Virus record (IMG/VR): IMGVR_UViG_3300044491_001751
Coordinates: 1-53,938 of that record
Source: a virus
Taxonomy: Duplodnaviria > Caudoviricetes
Direction: 5' to 3' (one strand)
Length of the DNA stretch: 53,938 bases
The position numbers and the translations under genes were made by a program. Positions within the stretch are counted from its first letter, which is position 1, and each line of letters opens with the position of its first letter. The notes under the pieces were generated by a model that was not told the DNA's origin, did no database searches, and saw only the letters and a list, made by a program, of their open reading frames with translations. Shown here one piece after another: positions 38,225 through 47,582 of this stretch.

Positions 38225-41200
38225 TTATCCGAGATCTACACTATCAATGATGTCAAATGACTTCAAAAAGTCTAAGAACGCTGGGGCAGCTTCACCTGTC
38301 ATTACCCACTTGGCAAATGAGTCAGCAAAGTGTTCATCTTTAGACTTTTTGCCGTAGCTAGTAATAAAATCTTTCGCGGCTTCGCTGTAGTTGTCACCTA
38401 GTCGAGATCCTCCCCCGCTGAGCCTAGCTAGCTTATTTCCAATAGTGTGACCAAATTCATGTACAAAGGTGTGAACCTCTGCGTCACCAAAGTCACCAGC
38501 TGGCTTAGAGCCAGAAGCCAAGCTTCCATGGTTGATCAAGATTGCAGTGTCCCATTTGCCAGGTTCTCCAGCTCGGGGGGAAGAAATGTTTACGCCAAGA
38601 ACACCCGCTGTATTGCTCCAAGTTCGTCCAATGGAGTTGTATAGGGCCTGGAAGGTAGTGGGACTATCTACAATTCTGATGTAGTGGCCTTCATCACTGC
38701 CATCTACGAGGGACTTCAACTGAGGGTTACTGTTTATAAACTTGTCTACGCCTTCAACTGCTGACATATACTTCTCGAGGTCAGAGTCACTTACTCCTAG
38801 CTCTAGAGTATTATTGCTTTTATTGCGTTTGATGTCGACTCTAAGGTCTTGAACTCCGCCCTCTCCCTTTCGGAAAATAGCAGCTTCTTGAAGAATATTG
38901 TCAATCATCTTTTCTTTGGTCATGCCAAAGAATCCACGCTGCTTGGAGTGCTTAAGCTCTAGGAGTGTCCTAATCTCGGAATCAGTCAAGTCTGGGTATT
39001 CGGAACGAGCTTGCTCTACAAGCTTTGCTAGTTCACCAGAAGTAAAGAATGACTTTGCATTAAAGGAAGAAGCATCATAAGTCCATGTATCGCCTAGTTT
39101 TTTAGACAACCCAGACGCCATCTCATCGATTTCTCTCTGCACTAGATCATTGAGTGCGAGCTGCTGTTCGGCGTTACGCTTCGAATTAGCAGGAACATTG
39201 AAGTCAAGGCCAACAGTCTTTGGACGCTCCACGCTGTCTGGGTCAGTTTCAAAAACTATAGAGTCCAGGTCAAAATCAGGATCTGATTCGGCCACGTCTG
39301 CTTCAACTGTTCTGGTCTTCTGAGGAACAGTGTCAGCGTTGCTTGTCACAACTTTAGGACCGCGCTCTTCACCAGCTGCAATTGCAACCTTGCGAAGCTC
39401 GCCTTCTTTATTCATGTAAAGAACTCCATAGCCCTTCTTGTCGTCCTTACCGACAATTGGTACGGACTCGATAATTACACCAAGGTTAGATCCGTCTTTA
39501 CCGTAAAGGTTGTCGCCAGGGACTACATCATCAATAGGTCCAACTTTGTCAGGAACAGTGTTCTGTCCAGGGAATCTGAGCGTAGTTGGGTTGTACAGCA
39601 TTCCTCGCTCTTCGCGGAGCTGCCTTCCTGAAACACGGCCCTTAAATTCTGTCAGCTCAGTGTTTTGATCCTTTAGAATTCTAAGGTTTGTTGTTGGAAT
39701 AGAAGACCTGTTTCCATTCGCATCTGTGATAGTTACGTAGTCTCCGTATCCAAAGTTGTCATCGCTCTGTACAGGATTTGCGAAGTTACTTCTCTGACGA
39801 GCTGAAACTCTAACAATTGACTTCTCGCCAATGTTGTTCTCGTATTCGACAACATTTCCAACTTCTACAGGGGTAACCTTGTCAGTTGAAGAGTAAGGAA
39901 TTACCCTAGCGTTTTCATCTGCAAACATTGTCTTACGGTAGAAGTTAGACGCGGAGGTTACTAGAGCGCCAAAGCTTCTCTTGTCCTCTCCTGGGAACTT
40001 TTCTGCAAACTGCTCCCTCAGGGTGGCCATTACAATATCGTGACTTGCTTGGTCGGCAGGAACTCGACCAAACACCGCCCTAAGTCTTTCTGCTACAGCG
40101 TCAAAGTCTTTTTCCTTATAGCCATCAAAGACGCCCTTAACCTCTTTGTTAAGCAGAGTTCCGTCGCTGTAGTTGATTCTTTCGGCGTAGCCGTTTGCGT
40201 AGTACTTAGTGGTGTCCTCGATGCTCTTGGTTCTGCCCTGAAGCGTGAAGTAGTGAGCACGCTCTTTCGGATCATTAGCGTGAACATCAGTAATAAAGTT
40301 TTTGTTGTAGGTACGAGACTCCTTGCCAGTGAGAATGTCAGCAAGCATCTGAGGACTGTTTGTCTTACCAAACAGAGAAGTCATAGAGTCGCGGCCGTCG
40401 TAGTGAAGAACAGTCTCCTCTTCGCCAGTATTTAGGTCCTTGAACTTAAACATGTAACCGATCTTCTTGTCTCCAAGAATTGCGGCCTTTATTTCCCATT
40501 GCAGTCTCTTGCCATTTTCTCTAGAGACCTCTCGCATAAGAACAAGGTGGCCGTTCTCGTCGAACTTAGAATTCTTGTAGGCATTAGCAAGGAAGTTCAT
40601 CATCGCGTTAGGGTCTTTGGGGTTATAAGCCTTGCCCTTTGAGTTGTACTCAACTTGCGCTTCGCCGTCAGGGCCAATCAAGTTTTCAAGGTTAGAGTTG
40701 CGAAGCTCTTTCAATTCTTCTTCGCTGAATCGCTGCTGCTTAATGAGCTGACCATTGTCCATCTTGCGTCGAGCTGCTCCTGGAGCTGCAGGAGCTTTAG
40801 GCTCTGGTTCTGGAGTTGGCTCGGGTTCTGGACGCTCGTCTACTGGCTTGCGGGGTGCCTTTGGCTTCTCTGGCTTTTCAGATGCTGGGCGCTTTGGAGC
40901 ATCTTCTGCCTTTCGCACTCTGCTAACTCCAGCATTTCCAGGGAATCTTCCAGCCTTAGCAATTCGACCGTTGTCGTCGACGTAAAGCTCTACTTCACCC
41001 TGGTCGCCAACTGGCTTAACTTCTGCAACTCGCTTGTTGCCCTGCTTACCAAGAGAAATTACGTCACCTGGCTTCAAGTCAGTTAGCGGGACCTCTTCAG
41101 GCTTGCTTTGAGCTTCGCTAATTATTGAATCTAGATCTGGCTCTCCACCATAAAAACCTTCTGCCATTGCGTCATGGATTAGGGCTTCTTCAAAAGGTCC

Positions 41201-41869
41201 GTCAAGTTCAGCTGGATCTTCACCGTCCCTAGCCGTGTCCTCGGGAGCTTCATCCAAAAGGTCAGCAACATCTTCACCCTCGACAGCCTCCATTCCTGGA
41301 GGTAGTTTTGCTAGAGGCTCTTGGTCACGCTCTGCGCGGAAGTCTTTGTCTTCTTCGTCGGTAAGACCGCCGTTTGCTAGTTCGATGTCTAGGTCGTCAG
41401 CTGGCTTTGGGTTTAAGTCTTCTAGCTTGTTGTATTTTTCACCTAGTCCCTTTGGCAAGGTGTGCTGAAGGTCTGGGTCAATGCCCTTGCGCTTTAGGAA
41501 GTCACGGTCGAGCTTAATCTTAGTGTCGAGCTCTGCAGTAGCGGGGTCTAGCTCAATTACAGTGTTTTTTCTTAGGTCCAGTTCGGGAGCATCTTCTGTT
41601 AGTAGAGCCCTAATCTTATTTTTCTCGCCTTTAGAAGTAGCAGTTCCACCAATAGCCTTTAGACTGTACTTTTTTATTGAACCAGGACGGCCACCAATCG
41701 AACGGCCCTTGCTGTCCTCGGGAACGAAGTCCTTTCCTTGAATCATGCCGAAGAGGGCAGCACCAGTAGGAATCCAGCGGCCCTTTTTGTCACGGGGCTG
41801 CAGCTTGACACGTGCACGGCGAGCAATAGGGGAGTTACCGTCAGCAATCAAGGTTTTGAGGTCAGACAT
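38225..41869 (-). CDS. large head-associated protein with C-terminal zincin metallopeptidase domain
   Basis: N-terminal QPRDKKGRW motif; C-terminal HTFVHEFGH ... SYG...DEHFADSFAKW (HExxH + downstream E). Confidence 0.75.
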   Translation of the reverse strand: MSDLKTLIADGNSPIARRARVKLQPRDKKGRWIPTGAALFGMIQGKDFVPEDSKGRSIGGRPGSIKKYSLKAIGGTATSKGEKNKIRALLTEDAPELDLRKNTVIELDPATAELDTKIKLDRDFLKRKGIDPDLQHTLPKGLGEKYNKLEDLNPKPADDLDIELANGGLTDEEDKDFRAERDQEPLAKLPPGMEAVEGEDVADLLDEAPEDTARDGEDPAELDGPFEEALIHDAMAEGFYGGEPDLDSIISEAQSKPEEVPLTDLKPGDVISLGKQGNKRVAEVKPVGDQGEVELYVDDNGRIAKAGRFPGNAGVSRVRKAEDAPKRPASEKPEKPKAPRKPVDERPEPEPTPEPEPKAPAAPGAARRKMDNGQLIKQQRFSEEELKELRNSNLENLIGPDGEAQVEYNSKGKAYNPKDPNAMMNFLANAYKNSKFDENGHLVLMREVSRENGKRLQWEIKAAILGDKKIGYMFKFKDLNTGEEETVLHYDGRDSMTSLFGKTNSPQMLADILTGKESRTYNKNFITDVHANDPKERAHYFTLQGRTKSIEDTTKYYANGYAERINYSDGTLLNKEVKGVFDGYKEKDFDAVAERLRAVFGRVPADQASHDIVMATLREQFAEKFPGEDKRSFGALVTSASNFYRKTMFADENARVIPYSSTDKVTPVEVGNVVEYENNIGEKSIVRVSARQRSNFANPVQSDDNFGYGDYVTITDANGNRSSIPTTNLRILKDQNTELTEFKGRVSGRQLREERGMLYNPTTLRFPGQNTVPDKVGPIDDVVPGDNLYGKDGSNLGVIIESVPIVGKDDKKGYGVLYMNKEGELRKVAIAAGEERGPKVVTSNADTVPQKTRTVEADVAESDPDFDLDSIVFETDPDSVERPKTVGLDFNVPANSKRNAEQQLALNDLVQREIDEMASGLSKKLGDTWTYDASSFNAKSFFTSGELAKLVEQARSEYPDLTDSEIRTLLELKHSKQRGFFGMTKEKMIDNILQEAAIFRKGEGGVQDLRVDIKRNKSNNTLELGVSDSDLEKYMSAVEGVDKFINSNPQLKSLVDGSDEGHYIRIVDSPTTFQALYNSIGRTWSNTAGVLGVNISSPRAGEPGKWDTAILINHGSLASGSKPAGDFGDAEVHTFVHEFGHTIGNKLARLSGGGSRLGDNYSEAAKDFITSYGKKSKDEHFADSFAKWVMTGEAAPAFLDFLKSFDIIDSVDLG

Positions 41870-41925
41870 TAATTTCCTCTTTAGTATATTAAAACTACTA
41901 AAATTTTACCCTATTAAGGTAGTTG

Positions 41926-42693
41926 TTAGTTAGAGAGCAGCGAGTTGATTAGACTCATGGTGTCTTTAGAAACAGCCCCGCTAGAAACTAAAGCCTTTAC
42001 TCGACTACTAGCGTGTATGGATTCGATTGAATCACTAGACGCTGTAAGTGACGCAATGACTGCATCCCGAGAAGATTCGTCCAGTTCTGGTGCACCTGCA
42101 ATCCACTCAATCTGAGAGGCTGTGGACGCAATAATTGCCGTAGCTGGATGACCTGTGTTGAGTAGATCGTTGTGCTCGGAAACTTCTTCTAGAGCGTCTG
42201 TCTGGTTTAGAGTTGAGTACTCTAGGAAAGAGTGAAGCTCCCACAATATGGCATCGGAAAGTTCGGCACTCGAGCAGCTGTCAGCATATGCATCGTAAGA
42301 TCTAGAGGCAACCTCGGCTGCGGCAGACAGCCCAACCTGACGTGACCCTCCAACCTTAGAGTTATAGAGAGAAAGAACTTCTTCGATTTCATCTGAAGTC
42401 AAAACTGACTGAAGCTTTTCAAGTGATTGGGCGGCCTTTAGTGGAACACAGTTTGGCACCATGTCTCCGCCTTTGCCCTTTTTCATGCCAACTTGGACAT
42501 ACCCTTCCCAGCAAGGGTCACCAGGGTTCTTCTCCAAGGCAGCCTCGTCTTCGTGCTCGGAGTCCTTCATGAGAGTTCCGTCTGGCATGTAGTGATAGCC
42601 TTCAGGAGCTTCTTTTTTGCCAGCTTCTAGATTTTCTGCAGGCGCAGCGTGACCACCAGAAGCATTAATTACTTTGTCTAAGTACTCAGACAC
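41926..42693 (-). CDS. hypothetical head-module protein
   Basis: VINASGGHAAP, APEGYHYMPDGTLMKDSEH and PCWEGYVQVGMK...VPNCVP short motifs. Confidence 0.75.
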   Translation of the reverse strand: MSEYLDKVINASGGHAAPAENLEAGKKEAPEGYHYMPDGTLMKDSEHEDEAALEKNPGDPCWEGYVQVGMKKGKGGDMVPNCVPLKAAQSLEKLQSVLTSDEIEEVLSLYNSKVGGSRQVGLSAAAEVASRSYDAYADSCSSAELSDAILWELHSFLEYSTLNQTDALEEVSEHNDLLNTGHPATAIIASTASQIEWIAGAPELDESSRDAVIASLTASSDSIESIHASSRVKALVSSGAVSKDTMSLINSLLSN

Positions 42694-43148
42694 TATCGAA
42701 CTCCTAGGAATGCCTTAATCTGCCATCTCCACTTTTTGTGCATGTCTTCGCGCTGAGCGAGGAAGTCCATGAGACCAAACTCGCGGCACTTTTCTGCAAT
42801 CTCCCCTGCTTCATGTAGACAGTGAATCATCATGTCATTGACACGAAGTGCTGACTGAAGCATGAACTGTACGGAGCTGCCATCATGACGCTCTTCTTTG
42901 ATACAGGAAAGCTCTAGGTAGTCCTGTAGTAGGTAAGGCGCTGGGTATCCAACCTTAAGAATATTTTCAGCAAGGTCGTCAACTGAGCCTTCGACGTCTT
43001 CGTACAGCATTCCGAAGAACTCGTGGTACTCACCGAAGTCTGGGCCAAGTACGTTCCAATGATACCCCTGAAGGATAAATCTGGTTGTAACGGTGTCAGC
43101 TAATAGGTGAGCTAGCTTTTCGCCTAGTTCTGGGTTTGGGTGGTGCAT
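42693..43148 (-). CDS. dps: Dps-family DNA-protecting ferritin-like protein
   Basis: HWNVLGPDFGEYHEFF..LYE.....DDLAE ferroxidase motif; H.KWRWQI C-terminus; 151 aa. Confidence 0.9.
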   Translation of the reverse strand: MHHPNPELGEKLAHLLADTVTTRFILQGYHWNVLGPDFGEYHEFFGMLYEDVEGSVDDLAENILKVGYPAPYLLQDYLELSCIKEERHDGSSVQFMLQSALRVNDMMIHCLHEAGEIAEKCREFGLMDFLAQREDMHKKWRWQIKAFLGVR

Positions 43149-43149
43149 A

Positions 43150-44892
43150 CTATGCCTCTGGTTCCGCTAGTGGTGGGGTGGCTTCAGCAGGTGTAATTGG
43201 AGCTTCTTCAGAGTCCTCTACCTGCTCTGGTTCTCCCTGTAACAGTTGATCAATTTCTGGAGGAATCGGGGCTCCGCCCTCTTGCATTGTCTGCTGACGC
43301 ATTTCTCCCATAACTTCTGGTGCAACGGAGCGGAGCAGTGCTTCGGTGAGCTCTGGAGTAACCATACCCTTTTGCATGACCATACGAAGTACGTACTCCT
43401 TTGGATCTGGAGCATCTGCTTCTGAGAATCCGTGAGCACGACGCCATGCGTCGTAGGAAACAGCAATCTTGTCGAATCCTGCATCTGCATCTGCAGCACG
43501 GTCGTTGCGAGTGGCAACCTGGGATGGGTCAAACCAAATGCAGACATCCTTTACTTCTTGCTCGGAGTATCCGTTAGCAATCAGGTATGGACGCAGATAG
43601 ACAACAGTAAGCGCGTCAACTATAAGCAGCATCAGTGGTTCGATGTGTGCCTTGTAAAGAGCTTCGTCAATTTGCAGCGCGTTAGAGTACTTAACGTTTG
43701 CAAGACCAGTGACTACATCCTTAGGGACATCTAGTCCCTGCATGATGCGCTCTAGTACGCGGTCTGCACGCTGTGCCAAGGCGGGGTCGAAAGAACGCTC
43801 AAACTTGAACTGCTTGATGCGGTCGCCAAGCTCCGCAGGTCCGCGAATGATAAGTGGTACAACGGCAGATGCAGAATCCTCGTCCTTAATAGGCGTGGTC
43901 ATTGCATCAATTAGCTGGTCTTCAAACTCGTCCGCTGCTTCCTCAGCTGTGTAAGTTTCGTTGTAATTTCCATCTTCATCGTAAGGATAATCAGGGTCAG
44001 GACCAGCGGCAACAGAAAGACCGTCAGGAAGATATAGAGCGCCAGCATTGAGGCGAGAGCGAGCAGTCGCACGGAATGTCCTATTCAAAAGTAGAAGCTC
44101 GGCGCAGAGGTCTAGTAGACCGCGCAAGCTTGAGTCAGCCTCTTGGGTGTAGCGAGGGTGTGAACGCCAGATGCGTCCAACGAATGAAGACTGAGGGAGG
44201 CGAATAGCATCCTTGTTGCCCTGAGACATTACAGACGCAGTTCCTCCTCCAATATCGCGACGAGGATTAATTATGTAGTTGCCTTTAGAGTCAACCTGTA
44301 GCTCATCAATCGAGCGAACGTCCCAGGTCTCGGGAAGTCCAGAGCCAATACGTTCTGGAAGCTGAACTAGATAGCACTCTCCTGTAACTTGCAAGTTAAG
44401 AGCTGCATCTTTAAGGAGGCCTGCTTGTCCGCCATATGCAGAGCTAAGACGATCAAGTGCACGCTGAGCGGCAGCCGCTAGCTTGACGTCAACCCTCTCT
44501 ACACCCTCGATGGGGGATGGTGCGTCTGCTGGATTACTAATAGCAGCTGCATAGAGACGAATACGAGATACAACAGACGCAACTAGGTTAAAAGCGTACT
44601 TGATTTCACCAATTGAGTCGTAGTACTCCCAGGCTTCTGTCTGCCAAGCGGTGGATGCTGACTGTCGACGAGCTTTGAATAGCTCTGCCTCGGTTTTGTC
44701 GTCTAGTTTGACCTGGGCAGCGGCCGCGGTTAGACCTCTAGGTTGATTAAAAGCTGCTGGTTCGGCATAAACAACGCCAAAAGAGTCAACAGACACTCCA
44801 GGAGCTACGCGAGTGGCAGTTCTAGGTGCTGAAGCACGCACACCCCTACGAGATTCGCTTGGTTTCTCGTTTTCTTTCTTGAAAATAGCCAA
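43150..44892 (-). CDS. portal protein
   Basis: After terminase; WQTEAWEYYDSIGEIKY, SRIRLYAA, IWRSHPR...ADS, RSRLNAG.L.LP actinophage portal motifs. Confidence 0.88.
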   Translation of the reverse strand: MAIFKKENEKPSESRRGVRASAPRTATRVAPGVSVDSFGVVYAEPAAFNQPRGLTAAAAQVKLDDKTEAELFKARRQSASTAWQTEAWEYYDSIGEIKYAFNLVASVVSRIRLYAAAISNPADAPSPIEGVERVDVKLAAAAQRALDRLSSAYGGQAGLLKDAALNLQVTGECYLVQLPERIGSGLPETWDVRSIDELQVDSKGNYIINPRRDIGGGTASVMSQGNKDAIRLPQSSFVGRIWRSHPRYTQEADSSLRGLLDLCAELLLLNRTFRATARSRLNAGALYLPDGLSVAAGPDPDYPYDEDGNYNETYTAEEAADEFEDQLIDAMTTPIKDEDSASAVVPLIIRGPAELGDRIKQFKFERSFDPALAQRADRVLERIMQGLDVPKDVVTGLANVKYSNALQIDEALYKAHIEPLMLLIVDALTVVYLRPYLIANGYSEQEVKDVCIWFDPSQVATRNDRAADADAGFDKIAVSYDAWRRAHGFSEADAPDPKEYVLRMVMQKGMVTPELTEALLRSVAPEVMGEMRQQTMQEGGAPIPPEIDQLLQGEPEQVEDSEEAPITPAEATPPLAEPEA

Positions 44893-44910
44893 AAGTGGCT
44901 CCTACCTGTC

Positions 44911-45201
44911 TTATCGCTCAATCCAGGCTGAAAGTAGCCCGATTACAGCAGAAATAGCCAATACTAATGATACCACAAAGGTCAATTGGGGTAAAATCGA
45001 GGCTCCAATTACGAAAAGTAGTGCAACCCAGAACCCAGTGCACCAATTGCAGGTGATCAGGTAGCCAATTTTGGTCGTTGGACCAAATTTTGACCAGATC
45101 CATCCGCGAAAACTGTCAGCAATCGCGTCTGTAGTGATTAAATGAGTCATTCTGTATGCTCCAAGAGCCAAAATGATGAAACTAACAGTAGTAATTTCCA
45201 T
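44911..45201 (-). CDS. membrane protein, DUF1360-like
   Basis: LGAYRMTHLITTD...YLITCNWCTGFWVA. Confidence 0.8.
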   Translation of the reverse strand: MEITTVSFIILALGAYRMTHLITTDAIADSFRGWIWSKFGPTTKIGYLITCNWCTGFWVALLFVIGASILPQLTFVVSLVLAISAVIGLLSAWIER

Positions 45202-45566
45202 TATTCATCCTTAATCGAGGCCAAAGTTCTGTAAGGATTCCAACCTCGTAGTCGAGAACCACATCCGCAGCCTCGGTCTTTCCTAAATGCTAGCATTTTT
45301 CCCGACGAAGTGACAACATAAGAGTCTTCACCAGCGTCTTTCGACGGTTCAAAGGTCGTATATGTCTCGCGAAATACGACTTGCGGCCCTTCTGGCCCGT
45401 CTTTTGCCACCATAATGGTCTCATCTGTAACAATAACCCTTGTAACGTCTAAATATTTTGTGTCTTTAGTTGGTGGCTGACTGCTTAGAGAGGTTACATC
45501 GTCTGTAAACCCTGCAGGTACAGCCACTAAATTGCATGGAAACCTGTCCATGATTATCTTTGACAC
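45201..45566 (-). CDS. hypothetical protein
   Basis: C-terminal GCGCGSRLRGWNP motif; coupled between terminase and DUF1360 gene. Confidence 0.75.
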   Translation of the reverse strand: MSKIIMDRFPCNLVAVPAGFTDDVTSLSSQPPTKDTKYLDVTRVIVTDETIMVAKDGPEGPQVVFRETYTTFEPSKDAGEDSYVVTSSGKMLAFRKDRGCGCGSRLRGWNPYRTLASIKDE

Positions 45567-46987
45567 TATCTTACCCTAAAAACTCTTCCCAGACGGGAAG
45601 TGTTAGGAGATGTAACTCCCATTTTTCTGTCGGCGTAGCTTTTTGCTCTAATTTTTCCACCGCTAAAGCCTGGAGGTGGTTTGATTAGCAGTGCAGTGAG
45701 AGCGTGAACTAGTGCATCGACGCGGTCTGGGGATTTTCCTTCGCCTGGAATCCAAGAATACATCTGAGATTCGAGGTCTTGGTGATATCCAACGTGGTGG
45801 ACGCGCCCCTGTTCGTATGCAAGAACTGTAGGCTCTGCTCGAAGCTGCTTTCCGTACTTGGAGTGAACTTCTAGAACCTTGATCGTCGGGTCTATCGAGA
45901 GAATAGCGTTTTTAACAAGTGCGCCTCCTTGATTAACTTCGGCAACAACGGGACAACCCCACTTACGAGCCATCTCCACAACCTTACGGGCCCAGGTGTC
46001 TGGGGAACCGTGAATTGAAGCGTCTTCAAGAACCCACGCGTTTCTCTTATAGAGGTCATGTTCGGCGCTTGACGCACATACCACAATTCCACACTCATCA
46101 CGGGGATTCTCAGCAACCGAAGGGTCCACGCCGATAACACGTAGCGGAGTAGAAAGCGGATAAACCGCTTCTCTAGAGGACTCAACCATTTCTTCAGTCC
46201 AGAGCGCACCTTCGACATCATCGAGCATCTCTCCATAAAGCTCTTGGCGGGCAAGTGTTGTTCCTTCGTATACACCCATAATAGTGTCTAGATAAGCCTG
46301 CGATAGGTTGCCCGCGTTGTCCATCGTAGAGCCTTTTGTGACAACAACTTTAGAGACCCCTGGCCTATCTGTTCTGGACTCTTCAATAAGTTTGTAAAGC
46401 AGCGGAACTCGCTTAGGAGTGGTCGTAACTAAAATCTGAGGGTTTTTACCAAGACGAGTACCAACGCGGAGGTTGTCGAACGCGGTCATACCAGCAGCGT
46501 CTGGAGTCTGACGCCATGCAGCCACCTCATCGCCCCATGCGTGAGTGAACTGCGGACCACGAAGCGAGTCAGGTTCGTCAGCAGTAAAGAGCGTTGCGGT
46601 GTTTCCGTTGGGCCAAGTTAGACGTCGCTTGGATGGCTCGTAGTGCGGCTTCTCTGAGGGAGGCGAGACCGAGATAATTCCAGATTCACCTTCAACGATA
46701 ACGTCACGAACGTCGGCAGCGGTACGGGCGGCGAGAGCAAATCGGCGTTGACCATCTTTTGTGTACTTTGCTTGTTCGCGTACCCACTCGGACGCAAGAC
46801 GGGTTTTACCAAAACCACGACCAGCGAGAACTAGCCAGACGTTCCAGTCGCCTTCAGGAGCTTTCTGCTCGGGACGAGCCCAGACGGACCAGTCCCAGAC
46901 TAGAGACTCGGGGTTCATACCCGCTAGGGCTTCGAGGCGTTCTTCTTCAGGCAGTAACGCGAGCTGCTCCATGATGCTTTTACCCAT
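45566..46987 (-). CDS. terL: terminase large subunit
   Basis: Walker A AGRGFGKT, LRGPQF.HAWGDE, VTTTP, nuclease VIGVDP and SPDRVDALVHAL. Confidence 0.97.
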   Translation of the reverse strand: MGKSIMEQLALLPEEERLEALAGMNPESLVWDWSVWARPEQKAPEGDWNVWLVLAGRGFGKTRLASEWVREQAKYTKDGQRRFALAARTAADVRDVIVEGESGIISVSPPSEKPHYEPSKRRLTWPNGNTATLFTADEPDSLRGPQFTHAWGDEVAAWRQTPDAAGMTAFDNLRVGTRLGKNPQILVTTTPKRVPLLYKLIEESRTDRPGVSKVVVTKGSTMDNAGNLSQAYLDTIMGVYEGTTLARQELYGEMLDDVEGALWTEEMVESSREAVYPLSTPLRVIGVDPSVAENPRDECGIVVCASSAEHDLYKRNAWVLEDASIHGSPDTWARKVVEMARKWGCPVVAEVNQGGALVKNAILSIDPTIKVLEVHSKYGKQLRAEPTVLAYEQGRVHHVGYHQDLESQMYSWIPGEGKSPDRVDALVHALTALLIKPPPGFSGGKIRAKSYADRKMGVTSPNTSRLGRVFRVR

Positions 46988-46993
46988 AGGGTA

Positions 46994-47545
46994 CTATTCT
47001 AGCTCAGACATGCGGCGTAGAGCTGAGACTGGTATTGAATACGTTGCTTTTCCGCCTTCTTCTCCTGTTATGTAGTCTGAGATCATAACCTCGTATGGGT
47101 AGCACCATCCGAGTGCTTCATAGGGTGGGGTCTGATATCCGTTGTCTTTGCTTCTTCTAATTTTAGTTTCTGGGCCACCAACTAAAAGAACATAAGGAGC
47201 TCTATCGTTATCGATGCTACTACTGAGTCTTAGGGTCGGAGTGACTGAATTGCCTCTTGTAAATTTATAGCGGACTTCCCAGTCTCCGACATCTGGCTCT
47301 TGTTTAAAGGTGTTCACGCTAGGGATAAAGTTTTCGTGGGTCCCCAGATACATTTTTGACCAGGCAATTTCGGCTCCAGCAGTGACTGCATGTTGGTGAG
47401 TTTCCCAGATGGCACCTTCGTCGTATCGTCGATTTGCTTCTGGATTACCAAAGTACGGGAACTGTCTAGCAAATCCAATACTCATTGCTAACGCCTCTTC
47501 TCTAGGGGTGAGGCTTACCTTCCATTTGTTATTTTCTTCGCTCAT
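46994..47545 (-). CDS. hypothetical protein, possible PD-(D/E)XK-like fold
   Basis: GAEIAW...EPDVGDWEVRY; probable start ATG 47545 (ORF-track start at 47581 abuts the tmRNA 3' end). Confidence 0.6.
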   Translation of the reverse strand: MSEENNKWKVSLTPREEALAMSIGFARQFPYFGNPEANRRYDEGAIWETHQHAVTAGAEIAWSKMYLGTHENFIPSVNTFKQEPDVGDWEVRYKFTRGNSVTPTLRLSSSIDNDRAPYVLLVGGPETKIRRSKDNGYQTPPYEALGWCYPYEVMISDYITGEEGGKATYSIPVSALRRMSELE

Positions 47546-47582
47546 GGGGAGCATGGTATTAGCTACTAGCCAATTTGTCAAG

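Noticed and set aside
12939-46987. Inteins, introns or stop-codon reassignment in PolA, helicase or terminase
   Set aside because: These proteins have normal length with contiguous motifs, and genes pack tightly under the standard code
46994-47545. Terminase small subunit call for the gene upstream of terL
   Set aside because: Only position supports it; no HTH/TerS-like pattern recognised, so left as hypothetical
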